64,000 nt of DNA from an uncultured Alphaproteobacteria bacterium (lineage in GTDB: Bacteria; Pseudomonadota; Alphaproteobacteria; RF32; CAG-239). Numbering within the stretch: the stretch's first letter is position 1; each line of letters opens with the position of its first letter. Both the position numbers and the translations under genes were made by a program. The notes beneath the pieces were generated by a model. It ran no database searches and was not told the DNA's origin. It was given only the letters and a program-made list of their open reading frames with translations. The stretch covers positions 51,771-115,770 of the forward strand of contig CAKQKH010000001.1 in NCBI GenBank assembly GCA_934248075.1, written 5' to 3'. Positions 18,172 to 27,431 of this stretch are shown here, one piece after another.

Positions 18172-19261
18172 ATTTTTTAGCCAACACCAAAGAGCTTTCG
18201 GAATTGTTCTGAGCTTCTTTAACCCCCTCAATAGCTTGTTCAATCAATTTTTTCGCTGATCTTGCCGGATTAGGAAACACACTCACTCCCACGCTGACAA
18301 TCAGATCATGAGTTGTAAAGTTGTCACTGACCCCCTCCTTAAAGATATACATCAGCTTTTTAAGCTCGGCATCAAGGTCATAATTATTGGCCACATCTGG
18401 CATCAATATCCAAAACGGATACTTCAACCCGCGCGCCACCGTATAGTTTTTCTTCAAACTCAAGGCCAAAGTATTGGATATTTTTTTCAATACAAAGTCT
18501 TCCAATCGCAGTTTGCGAAACATTTCCATATTATCAATGCTCACAGCCGCCACGGCAATCAAGTCTTTAGGCAGGCGGGCGTCTTTATAATTTTCATTAT
18601 TCACCGCCATCTGCACTCTATCTTCAAACAAGAAAAAATTTGGCAAACCGGTCAAATCATCATAAAGATTATTAAAAAACGGTTTAGTGCTTTTATTCTG
18701 ATGCCCGCCTACCAAAATAAAAGAAAACCTTTTGGAATCCGGCAAATAAATTGCCTGAAATTCAACTTGCACCGGTTTACCTTTCAGCGAGCGCAATCTG
18801 ATAAGCTGTTTCTTGGCCGAAGTCAACATTTCGCCAATATTAGAGGTCAGCACATTCCAGTCTTCTTTATCCACAAAGCTCAAAAAAGGCTCATCTACAA
18901 CCGTCCGCATATTTTTTATATCCAGCATTTGCATCGCCGTATAATTAAAATATACTGCGCGGTCATCGCTCACCATAATAATTGGCCGTTCTGACGTATT
19001 CATTACCAGATTGACGATATCATTCAGATTAACGTCCATGTCTTGCCAGAAATAATGGTCTTTAACCTTGGCTTTTTGTTGTTGCGGCAACTCAACCGGC
19101 ACCGTCTGGCTTATCGGATTTTCCAACTCCTCAAGATTCACTCCATAATCTGCCGCCTGTTTCAACACAGACAAATCAGCCGCGGACACCTTGCTCAGGT
19201 TGCCACCGCCATCTAGATCATCTGTATTTATTTCTGTACTATTGTCAGTCATTTTTTTCAA
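18170..19261 (-). CDS. PAS-like sensor domain plus degenerate GGDEF domain protein
   Basis: The GGDEF-domain entry motif YDDLTGLPNFFLFEDR is present. The active-site position reads ARGLKYPFWILMP instead of R.GGDEF..L.P, and the RxxD I-site is absent. Confidence 0.6.
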   Translation of the reverse strand: MKKMTDNSTEINTDDLDGGGNLSKVSAADLSVLKQAADYGVNLEELENPISQTVPVELPQQQKAKVKDHYFWQDMDVNLNDIVNLVMNTSERPIIMVSDDRAVYFNYTAMQMLDIKNMRTVVDEPFLSFVDKEDWNVLTSNIGEMLTSAKKQLIRLRSLKGKPVQVEFQAIYLPDSKRFSFILVGGHQNKSTKPFFNNLYDDLTGLPNFFLFEDRVQMAVNNENYKDARLPKDLIAVAAVSIDNMEMFRKLRLEDFVLKKISNTLALSLKKNYTVARGLKYPFWILMPDVANNYDLDAELKKLMYIFKEGVSDNFTTHDLIVSVGVSVFPNPARSAKKLIEQAIEGVKEAQNNSESSLVLAKK

Positions 19262-19369
19262 ACCAAAAACTTGCTTAAGTTTAGAATCTATTTTTCAAAA
19301 AAACAATGCCTAAAATCTTTGTATTTTATTAATAATATTTGGTTATAGTGAGTATTATTTATAGAAAAT

Positions 19370-21439
19370 ATGAAAGAATTCAATATGGCAGAAGAAACTA
19401 CCGCTCCTCAAACTGAAAACTCTGCTTCGGCAACCGTTGCCGCGGCTGAGACAGTCGCGCCTGAGTCACAGGCCGTTGCTGACGAATCCACAAGCATTTG
19501 TCTAGTTAAAGAGCGCTTTGAAATTGATTATAATTCCCCATTGCCCGAACTTGACAGTAACGGAGCCAAAGCTTTTGCCGTAAAAGACAAGATCAAACCC
19601 GAGCGAGAACTTTTTGCGCTTTTGTGCGACAACAATTTTCCGCCGCGTTTGTCAATGTTGCCATATCTCAAAGCTCTTGATCACCCCAATTTGCTCAAAT
19701 TGGTAGAATACAGCGTGGTAGATTATATTCCTCAAAAGACCATGAATATGGCGCTCATATACAATCGCCCCACTGGCCCCAAAGCATCTGACAAAATTTC
19801 CACCGAAAAAATGCCTTTTGAAAAATTCAAGTCTTTGGTATTGTCATTGGCTTCCGGCTGTGAAGCTCTCAAAAGCTACAATTTAACCCATCGCGCCATT
19901 CGCCTTAACAACATATTTTTCAAAGATGCCGAATGTTCTGAACTGGTTTTAGGTGATTGTGCCGCCTCTTTTCCGGCCTTATATCAGCCATCGGCCTATG
20001 AAACCATCGAGAGCATGCTTTGTTTGCCTCAGGGTCGCGGTCAAGGTAGCAGCGGCGATGATATTTATGCTTGCGGCGTGGCCTTGCTGGGTCTGGCTTT
20101 ACAACATGACATTTCTCCGGAAATGTCCACGCCTGAACTTCTGCAGCTCAAGCTTAAAAAAAGCTCTATTTCTGCTTTGACCGGAGGCGACAAACTGCTG
20201 AGTCAATTTGTGCCGGTGCTTAAAGGTATGCTTGATGACTCTGCCGAATCTCGTTGGAACAGCACTCAGATTTACAATTATCTTGACGGCAAGTCCTCAA
20301 GTTTTAACAACGAATCCGGTGAAAAATCCATGCGAGCGCTTACCATTGGCGGTGAAAAATATTATACCGCCAAATCCACCGCTCTGGCTTTGCTGGAAAA
20401 TCAAGAAAATGCCCTCACCGTCGTGCACAACGGCAAATTACTGGAATGGATTAAAAACGGCTTGGAGAATGAAAAACTTTATAATAAAATAGACAAGCTG
20501 ATCCAAAACGACAAAGAAAACCCCAACAACCGCTTGCTGATACCGCAGATATGCGTGTATCTTGATTACAGCCTGCCGGTCAAGTGCGGTGATATTTATG
20601 TTTTTCCGAGTGGTTTGCCCAAGGCCGTATTCCATTATCTCAAAACCAACCAATCTTTAGAAGGTTTTTATCAGGTTCTCTCCGGAGATTTAATCAAAAT
20701 TTGGTATCAAGAACAGCCTTTTCTGCACGCCCCCGCAAACAGCAATGAGTTTCGGGTCTATTTGGCGCGCAATGATTATGGCTACGGCATAGATCGTATT
20801 ATGTATGATTTTGATGATGATTTGCCCTGCACCAGCCCGCTTATCGGCCGCGAGTTTGTAAACTCCCCCTCCAAGCTTTTGCGCGCGCTTGACACCAACT
20901 ATCCTAACAACAAAAACGCAAAACCTTACGACAAAAACATTATCGCTTATTTGCGCTGCAAAATGGGCAAAAAAATTGACGGTATTTTAACCGATCTCAA
21001 CGCCAATCAAGATCTTTTGCAAGCTGCGTCCATTATGCGACTATATGCCAATATCCAAAACAAAAGCGGTCCGGTTCAACTATTTAACCTCACCCAGTGG
21101 CTGATGAAAACCGCTCAACCGATTATTCAGGGCTATCATAATCTCAAGTATCGCAAGTTTTTAGAACGCGAGCTGGTCAAGATATCCAAGACCGGCAAGA
21201 TTATTGGCTTATACGAGATTTTGGATAATGATGAAGCCAAACGCAAGGATAGAGAAGAGTATTCCGAAGCCCTCAAAAAAATAAATATCCTAACCGCCGA
21301 ACGCAATCGCATCTTATCCGGCAACGACAAAGTTGATGAAGAATCCAAAGATCTGGCTATCAAATTCGGATCAATTTTAGCTGTTTTAACCATGCTGAGT
21401 TCATTTATTTTCAGCACTATTTATTGGGCATTAAAATGA
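19370..21439 (+). CDS. Protein-kinase-like (probably catalytically dead) domain protein with a large unknown C-terminal region and a C-terminal TM anchor
   Basis: Kinase-fold landmarks are AFAVKDK (VAIK-like), HPNLLKL, LTHRAIRLNNIFF (HRD loop with D->A), LGDCAASF in place of DFG, DIYACGVALLGL and SRWNSTQIYNYL. There is no Gly-rich loop. The last ~25 aa, ILAVLTMLSSFIFSTIYWAL, are hydrophobic. ATG 19385 is an alternative start. Confidence 0.5.
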   Translation: MKEFNMAEETTAPQTENSASATVAAAETVAPESQAVADESTSICLVKERFEIDYNSPLPELDSNGAKAFAVKDKIKPERELFALLCDNNFPPRLSMLPYLKALDHPNLLKLVEYSVVDYIPQKTMNMALIYNRPTGPKASDKISTEKMPFEKFKSLVLSLASGCEALKSYNLTHRAIRLNNIFFKDAECSELVLGDCAASFPALYQPSAYETIESMLCLPQGRGQGSSGDDIYACGVALLGLALQHDISPEMSTPELLQLKLKKSSISALTGGDKLLSQFVPVLKGMLDDSAESRWNSTQIYNYLDGKSSSFNNESGEKSMRALTIGGEKYYTAKSTALALLENQENALTVVHNGKLLEWIKNGLENEKLYNKIDKLIQNDKENPNNRLLIPQICVYLDYSLPVKCGDIYVFPSGLPKAVFHYLKTNQSLEGFYQVLSGDLIKIWYQEQPFLHAPANSNEFRVYLARNDYGYGIDRIMYDFDDDLPCTSPLIGREFVNSPSKLLRALDTNYPNNKNAKPYDKNIIAYLRCKMGKKIDGILTDLNANQDLLQAASIMRLYANIQNKSGPVQLFNLTQWLMKTAQPIIQGYHNLKYRKFLERELVKISKTGKIIGLYEILDNDEAKRKDREEYSEALKKINILTAERNRILSGNDKVDEESKDLAIKFGSILAVLTMLSSFIFSTIYWALK

Positions 21440-21912
21440 TTAAACCATTACCCCGCAAAACATCAAAAAAACCGGCCTTAAAATTTAATTTATTACAAAA
21501 GTTTCTAATTCTTTTGGTTTTTGCCATTTTGGCTCTCACCGCGCTTCCGGTGGTTGTTATTTTGCTAATCGGTTTGTTGCCGACCATTACAGTTTTGCTC
21601 ACGGATTCCAAAAATTCCGGCAAATTAACCATTGTCGGCTGTTTTAATCTATCCGGTATTTTCATCTGTCTGACTGACATTTTCAATCAATATGCCGCCA
21701 ACCACAGTGTTTCCATTTTAAGCAACATTTTTAATATTGTGATTATGCTTGGCGCCGCCGCGTTGGGTATGATTTTATACTATGAACTTCCCAACTTATT
21801 TATATTCATTTTCAAAAGCTCGGCTCAACGCCGTTTGCGCGGTATTGATGCCAAGCTTGAGAAAATTGCCGCCGACTGGGGGCGCGACAGTATCGGCGAA
21901 ACCGAACAATAA
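21436..21912 (+). CDS. Polytopic membrane protein, hypothetical
   Basis: About 158 aa and about 4 TM segments. Its ATG forms an ATGA overlap with the upstream stop (21436-21439). Confidence 0.45.
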   Translation: MIKPLPRKTSKKPALKFNLLQKFLILLVFAILALTALPVVVILLIGLLPTITVLLTDSKNSGKLTIVGCFNLSGIFICLTDIFNQYAANHSVSILSNIFNIVIMLGAAALGMILYYELPNLFIFIFKSSAQRRLRGIDAKLEKIAADWGRDSIGETEQ

Positions 21913-21915
21913 CCG

Positions 21916-22791
21916 TTATCCAATTGCTTCAATATACTTGGTTATCTTCTTTATAGAATTAAGTTCAATCTGTCGAACGCGTTCTTTAGATATGCAATAA
22001 ACTTTGCTCAAATCATCAAGTGTAACGGCTTTATCGTACATCCGACGCTTAAACAAGATGTCTTTTTCTCGTTTATTTAAGCACACCAACGCCTTATTAA
22101 ACAGGTTGCGCCGGTATTTCATTATTTCTGCATAAGCCAAATTTTCTTCCTGATTTGGCTTTCCGTCCGCAATAAAATCCATCCATTCGCTACCGCTGTC
22201 AGAAGACGAATCAATCAAAGTATTCAAAGAACCATCATGCGCCTTCATTCGCATATTCATATCAGTTACATCTTGAACGCTAACGTCCAAAGTGTTGGCA
22301 ATTCCGTTCAAAAGCTGGGTAGAAAGCTCTCTGTCATCAGTAATATTCAATTTATTTTTAATTTTTCGCAGATTAAAAAACAGCTTTTTCTGCGCCGCGG
22401 TTGTGCCGATTTTCACCAACGACCAAGAATTCAAAATATATTTTTGCACTGATGCCTTAATCCACCATAACGCATAAGTTGAAAATCTAAACCCTTTTTC
22501 AGGTTCAAATTTTTCAACCGCATAAAGCAGCCCGATATTCCCCTCAGATATCATTTCAGCCGAAGACAATCCGTATCCCCGATACTTAGACACCACCTTA
22601 ACCACCAATCGCAGATGTGATGTCACTAATATTCTAGCAATTTCCGGATTTTTGGTTGTCTGATATTTCAGTGCCAGTTTATATTCTTCTTCCTGCTCCA
22701 AAATCGGATATTGCCTAATCTTCTGCAAATATCTGACCATATTAATTTCTGGAGAAAAATCAATTCCGTTCAACGCTTGGACATTTTCCAT
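21916..22791 (-). CDS. rpoH: RNA polymerase sigma-32 factor RpoH
   Basis: RpoH box AAQKKLFFNLRKIK, region 2 GNIGLLYAVEKFEPEKGFRFSTYALWWI and region 4 ISKERVRQIE. Confidence 0.9.
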   Translation of the reverse strand: MENVQALNGIDFSPEINMVRYLQKIRQYPILEQEEEYKLALKYQTTKNPEIARILVTSHLRLVVKVVSKYRGYGLSSAEMISEGNIGLLYAVEKFEPEKGFRFSTYALWWIKASVQKYILNSWSLVKIGTTAAQKKLFFNLRKIKNKLNITDDRELSTQLLNGIANTLDVSVQDVTDMNMRMKAHDGSLNTLIDSSSDSGSEWMDFIADGKPNQEENLAYAEIMKYRRNLFNKALVCLNKREKDILFKRRMYDKAVTLDDLSKVYCISKERVRQIELNSIKKITKYIEAIG

Positions 22792-22925
22792 GTCGTTTAA
22801 CTCCTGTATAAAAAATTACACTGGTAGTTCAACGTCCGAGTCCATGTTCAGGAAAATCGAGTGAATCAACGCTACTCAAAATCACCAAAAACACAACCTA
22901 TACTTTGGTTGTATAAAACTAATTT

Positions 22926-23897
22926 TTACAAACTTCGCAACACCTCAAGCAGCTGCTTAAAATCGTCGGGAAATTCGCTGTCAAACTGCATAAACTTTCC
23001 GCTTCTCGGATGCACAAAGCCCAAACTCTTGGCATGCAGCGCCTGTCTGGAAAACTTATTAATAAATTCTCTTTTAGCGTCATCAATCAGTTTTTCAGGA
23101 ATTTTTTTAGCCTTTACATAAAGCTGATCCCCCACCAGATTACAGCCTAATTTTGCCATATGCACCCTTATTTGATGTGTTCTTCCGGTTTCCAGATTAC
23201 ACTTTACCAAAGATGCCAAACCTTTGTAAGTTTCAATCGTCTGATAATGTGTCACTGCGTGCTTGCCGTTTTTTTGCACCACCGCCATTTTTTTACGGTC
23301 ATACGGGCTTCTCCCGACATCGGCGTCAATTTTTCCTTGCGGCGGATTAGGCAAACCAAACACCACCGCATAATAAGTGCGTTCGATTGAATGCTCAGCA
23401 AATTGGGCGCACAAATTTTGATGAGCGGCGTCATTTTTTGCCACCACCAACAAACCTGAGGTATCTTTATCAATTCTATGCACAATCCCCGGTCGTTTCA
23501 CTCCGCCGATTCCCGACAAATCTTTGCAATGAAAGAGCAATGCGTTTACCAAAGTTCCGTCATACGCCCCCGGCGCCGGATGCACGGTCATTCCCGCCGG
23601 TTTATTCACCACAATGATATCCTCATCTTCATAAACCACATCAAGCCATATATCTTGCGGCAGTGGTTCGGCCTCGGCGGCAGGCGGCACCTCCACCTGA
23701 TAGACCTCGCCTTCTTTTATCTTAAAAGCATTATCGCCGATTGTCGCCTCATCATTAGTAACATTTCCCATAGCAATCAGTCTTTGCACCTGCGCGCGCG
23801 ACAACTCCGGAAAACAATCGCTTAAAAATTTATCGATTCGTTTGCCTTTATAATCTTTATTAACCATTGGTGTGGTATAAATAATCGTGTCGGACAT
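22926..23897 (-). CDS. rluD: 23S rRNA pseudouridine synthase RluD
   Basis: N-terminal S4 domain (RIDKFLS), the catalytic HRIDKDTSGLLVVAK motif and GRTHQIRVH. Confidence 0.9.
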   Translation of the reverse strand: MSDTIIYTTPMVNKDYKGKRIDKFLSDCFPELSRAQVQRLIAMGNVTNDEATIGDNAFKIKEGEVYQVEVPPAAEAEPLPQDIWLDVVYEDEDIIVVNKPAGMTVHPAPGAYDGTLVNALLFHCKDLSGIGGVKRPGIVHRIDKDTSGLLVVAKNDAAHQNLCAQFAEHSIERTYYAVVFGLPNPPQGKIDADVGRSPYDRKKMAVVQKNGKHAVTHYQTIETYKGLASLVKCNLETGRTHQIRVHMAKLGCNLVGDQLYVKAKKIPEKLIDDAKREFINKFSRQALHAKSLGFVHPRSGKFMQFDSEFPDDFKQLLEVLRSL

Positions 23898-23953
23898 TCT
23901 CTGACCTCAAACCTTTGCTTTTAAGGCTATTATAATAAAGGCAAAATCAAAAC

Positions 23954-24259
23954 TTGCAAGGAAGATTAACCGTGGACAAACTCAAATTAATCAAGCTTAT
24001 TGTTGTTGTTTTAACCTTTTTATTGGTTTTTGGCACCCTTGCGGCCCTAGGAACAGTCTATCGCAAAGTGTCATCGTCCGGCAACATCGCTATTTCCAAC
24101 CTCAACCTACACCAGCCTGACGGCAGCAGTATCGAAGATTTCAAGCTTCAAGATCAAAAATTATATCTCTTAATAAAATATGGCGGACAACCTGATCGCA
24201 TCATTATTATAGACTCTGCCGAACCGACAGCCAAACCGGCAGTTATCCGTATTCAATAG
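23954..24259 (+). CDS. Small single-pass membrane protein, hypothetical (operon gene 1)
   Basis: TM segment LIKLIVVVLTFLLVFGTLAALGTV followed by a ~60-aa domain. The start may be GTG 23972, which is preceded by AAGGAAG. Confidence 0.4.
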   Translation: MQGRLTVDKLKLIKLIVVVLTFLLVFGTLAALGTVYRKVSSSGNIAISNLNLHQPDGSSIEDFKLQDQKLYLLIKYGGQPDRIIIIDSAEPTAKPAVIRIQ

Positions 24260-24269
24260 GAGAAATACC

Positions 24270-25118
24270 ATGACAGACACCACTTCTCAAGATAACTTTG
24301 ACGCTCTGCTAGACGAATTTATTTCCAAGCAATTATCTGATACTGAAGATACGGTTGAAGAACTGCACGAGCTAAAAGAAACCAATCGTCCGCAGCCTTC
24401 TTACCCTGGTGAAGAAGCCGAAACTATCAACAACCTCTATCCGGAAGAGCGCCGCTTGTATGATGCCTACCATAACTTCCGTATTGCCATAACCAATTTG
24501 GCGCAGGCCGCAGAGGTAGAAGTTCCGGAATTTCAGTTCACCGCCATGCAAATATACCCGCGTTTTCGCCCCAACCGCGCCAACAAACTTAATCAAGATA
24601 TTTTCAACTCCTGGTCAGCCATGGTTACCGCTCAGCCGGTCAGACTTGCTTCTTTACCGGAAAACCCCTCTGACGAGCAGATTCTATCCTTCGCTGAAAA
24701 AACTACCGACGAAAACCTACAAAACGCGCTTATCTCATACGTTGAGATTCTAATTGAGCTTGACAGTTGTGAAATTGCCTACAATTTACGCAAAGCCAAG
24801 GCCGAAAAACGCCGGATAGAAAAAGAAATTTTTGAAGAAAATCAACATCGCAAAGAGCGCATTCAAAAATACATTGAAGCCATCAGAGCTCAAAATTTCC
24901 CCATTGATGCCGAGCGTTTGGTCAACAATTACTTCAAAACCGCCCGCAAAGATCCCGACGGCGCCCAAAAGATTTTAGAGACCAACCCTGCAACCTATGC
25001 TCCCATTCAAGTTGATAAAATTCCGCCCCGATTCTTTGGCCTGATTAAAACCAAACCGGAAGACGGTATCAGAGTAAACAAAGAAATTGGCAAATTTCTC
25101 AAGGATCTCAAAGTCTGA
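24270..25118 (+). CDS. Acidic cytoplasmic hypothetical protein (operon gene 2)
   Basis: 282-aa ORF with AGGAG 8 nt upstream, 10 nt after gene 1. No recognisable domain. Confidence 0.45.
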   Translation: MTDTTSQDNFDALLDEFISKQLSDTEDTVEELHELKETNRPQPSYPGEEAETINNLYPEERRLYDAYHNFRIAITNLAQAAEVEVPEFQFTAMQIYPRFRPNRANKLNQDIFNSWSAMVTAQPVRLASLPENPSDEQILSFAEKTTDENLQNALISYVEILIELDSCEIAYNLRKAKAEKRRIEKEIFEENQHRKERIQKYIEAIRAQNFPIDAERLVNNYFKTARKDPDGAQKILETNPATYAPIQVDKIPPRFFGLIKTKPEDGIRVNKEIGKFLKDLKV

Positions 25119-25208
25119 ACGATTTAAACATATACAAAATTCTAGACAAAACACGATTTTATGTTATCATAATAGATAACCAGACCCTTTAAAGAAAGGA
25201 ACCGGACA

Positions 25209-26852
25209 ATGACAGCAAGACAAGATGCTCAAAAAAGTGCCAACTCAGGCCGCAAAGAAGCTGAAGATACCAGAAAAGACCCAAACCGCGGAAAAGTTAC
25301 CGGTAATACTACCGGCACCGCGCCAACCCCTGTCAAAACTACGCCTCCAAACGATAATACCACCAAGGTGGACGAAAACCAGTCTCCAGATCAGAAAACC
25401 GATTCCGACAAAACCACTAAGGTGAGTGAAAACCCGTCTCCAGATCCGAAAACCACTGAAGTGAGTGATCTTGATTCTCTGACACACCTTCAGCTTCCTG
25501 ATCAGAACAAACCAACCGACAAGAACACCGCTGAAATTACTCCAACTAAAGACCTTGATGAAATCAATGACGAGGATGATGACAAATTTGATATTCAACA
25601 AGGCGATTTTATTGACTTTTTAATGAAAGACGTGGTTTTGGCCTTTGCGGCCTATTGCGGCAAAAAAGTTACAACACCTTTTGGTATTGCTGCTTACCAG
25701 CTTGGATCCAAGATGTATCATGGAGCCAAAGATCATCTCTGGGATCCGGCTTGGGCCGAAGTAGAAGATGGCTGGAATAAATTCAAGAACAATGTCGTTG
25801 AAGCCTGCCGTAGTGTTGGCGAGTATGAAATCAAGCACGAATTCAAAAATGATGATGAAACCTCCAAATCTGGCAACGACGCAATAAAACAACATAACAA
25901 AACCATCAAATATTACAATCAAAACGTTTTTGGCAATGATGACAGCAAGATGCCGGATTCTTCAATATTTGACCATTTTGCTGAAGCCGTTATGAATGGA
26001 GATATTTCTGATACCCTCCCTGTTAAAGAGGGTCAGGTTTACTTTTGTAAGGATATTGCCAACGACCAACAACAACCTCGTTCAGACCTTTATTGGTTTG
26101 ACCCCAAAAACAAATTAAACATTCCTATCGGTTCGCGTATGATGCAGCAGGCAATTGCTTTAGCTGTTGAGATGACAAAACAGGCAAACGAAAAAATAAC
26201 CGATGAAAACAAAAAGAAAGAAATAAAAGCCAAGTTAGTCAAAAACTTTTCCAAAGTTGCTAAATCTTTTGCCGAGATAGAAGCTCCTGAGAATATTTTT
26301 GTTCGAAATATGATCACGGCTCGCCAGTTGCATGACTGTGCTCTCACTAATAAAAATCCGGATAAGGACACACTCGATCTCTATACCGCTGAAGCTCGAA
26401 AAATTTATTTAGCTGAATACATCAAGATTCAAAAGGGCGAAAGTAAATATAAAAACCTCAAACAACTTCTTGATGCCAGCTACAAAGCCGTAGAAGCTGC
26501 ACATAAAAACATTAGAGAAGGCCGCTATGTAGAAAAAGGAGTTGATCCGCAAACCATCAAGAATGAACCTCTTGACCGGTTACTGCAACAAAACGCCGAA
26601 AAAATTCGCACTACCGATGCTAAAACTCTGCGCCAAGAATTTATGGATACCATCATGAACGACAAAAAAAATAAAAACGCTATGGAAAACATCAATAATG
26701 TTATATCTGCTCTGGAAAATGATAAGCAAAAGGTTGATGACCGGCGCAAAAGATGCGATGATATCAAAAACAAAAAAACAAATGGCAAAGATAAAGATAA
26801 TAATAAAAGCGATAATACAAAACCAACACAATCTCGTGGTAACTCAAGGTAG
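25209..26852 (+). CDS. Large hypothetical protein with disordered repeat-containing N-terminus (operon gene 3)
   Basis: 547-aa ORF with AAGGAA upstream. The N-terminal ~130 aa are T/P/K/D/N-rich with an 18-aa repeat. The rest is a K/E-rich globular or helical region with no motif I recognise. Confidence 0.5.
   Translation: MTARQDAQKSANSGRKEAEDTRKDPNRGKVTGNTTGTAPTPVKTTPPNDNTTKVDENQSPDQKTDSDKTTKVSENPSPDPKTTEVSDLDSLTHLQLPDQNKPTDKNTAEITPTKDLDEINDEDDDKFDIQQGDFIDFLMKDVVLAFAAYCGKKVTTPFGIAAYQLGSKMYHGAKDHLWDPAWAEVEDGWNKFKNNVVEACRSVGEYEIKHEFKNDDETSKSGNDAIKQHNKTIKYYNQNVFGNDDSKMPDSSIFDHFAEAVMNGDISDTLPVKEGQVYFCKDIANDQQQPRSDLYWFDPKNKLNIPIGSRMMQQAIALAVEMTKQANEKITDENKKKEIKAKLVKNFSKVAKSFAEIEAPENIFVRNMITARQLHDCALTNKNPDKDTLDLYTAEARKIYLAEYIKIQKGESKYKNLKQLLDASYKAVEAAHKNIREGRYVEKGVDPQTIKNEPLDRLLQQNAEKIRTTDAKTLRQEFMDTIMNDKKNKNAMENINNVISALENDKQKVDDRRKRCDDIKNKKTNGKDKDNNKSDNTKPTQSRGNSR
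25359..25468 (+). repeat. Imperfect in-frame tandem repeat (54-nt period, 2 copies plus a partial third)
   Basis: ACCACCAAGGTGGACGAAAACCAGTCTCCAGATCAGAAAACC (25359-25400) against ACCACTAAGGTGAGTGAAAACCCGTCTCCAGATCCGAAAACC (25413-25454), about 36/42 identical. A partial ACCACTGAAGTGAGTGA follows. The repeats encode TTKVDENQSPDQKT / TTKVSENPSPDPKT / TEVSD. Confidence 0.8.
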
Positions 26853-26857
26853 TAAAC

Positions 26858-27343
26858 ATGAAAAAACTGCTGAAAATTTTTCGCACTGCTCTGGTTGGTC
26901 TGCTTTGGACTTATTTATTCCTGATTATGTCTAATTATCTGATGTATCAACTTTGGAGCTTTAACTTCATGTCAGCTCACAGTTGGCAAACCATGTCCGG
27001 CTATTGGAACTCAGGCGGCGTTATCAACACCGCGCCGGATTACATCTTTTTACTAATGTTGTTTTCTCTGCCGATTATGTGGCTCGTTGGCTGGATTCTT
27101 TTGCTCAAGATAGAATACTTAAGCATTCTGCTTTATCCGCTTAATGTTTATAATCGCCACATCGTCAACAAATATGGCCATAATTCTTCTCGTGTAATTC
27201 TTCGTAACATCAAATCCAGTCAAAAGATTATTGAAGAAATAAAAGAACAATTAGAATCTATAAAGCCGGCCAAGAGCAAAGAAGTCAACAATATCCGACA
27301 GGAAGTGCAAAAAAAATTGGAAGAGCTGAATAAAAAGAATTAA
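26858..27343 (+). CDS. Trp-rich membrane protein, hypothetical (operon gene 4)
   Basis: 161 aa with about 3 TM segments and a K/E-rich C-terminal helix. It starts 5 nt after the gene 3 stop. Its N-terminal module is paralogous to the next gene. Confidence 0.5.
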   Translation: MKKLLKIFRTALVGLLWTYLFLIMSNYLMYQLWSFNFMSAHSWQTMSGYWNSGGVINTAPDYIFLLMLFSLPIMWLVGWILLLKIEYLSILLYPLNVYNRHIVNKYGHNSSRVILRNIKSSQKIIEEIKEQLESIKPAKSKEVNNIRQEVQKKLEELNKKN

Positions 27344-27431
27344 CCACCGCAACTATTACAAAATAAAACAGTTGTTAACTAATTCTGTGCTACACTTTTC
27401 CAAACTGAGTAATTTTTGGAGATACCCTCTT

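Noticed and set aside
18308-18994. 228-aa plus-strand ORF inside the PAS/GGDEF gene.
   Set aside because: It is antisense to an ORF with recognisable GGDEF-domain landmarks. Its composition is I/F/K/H-rich, typical of an AT-rich antisense frame.
22861-23121. 86-aa plus-strand ORF spanning the rpoH-rluD spacer and the rluD 3' end.
   Set aside because: It largely overlaps rluD in antisense and has no motifs or ribosome-binding site. The spacer more plausibly carries the rpoH promoter.
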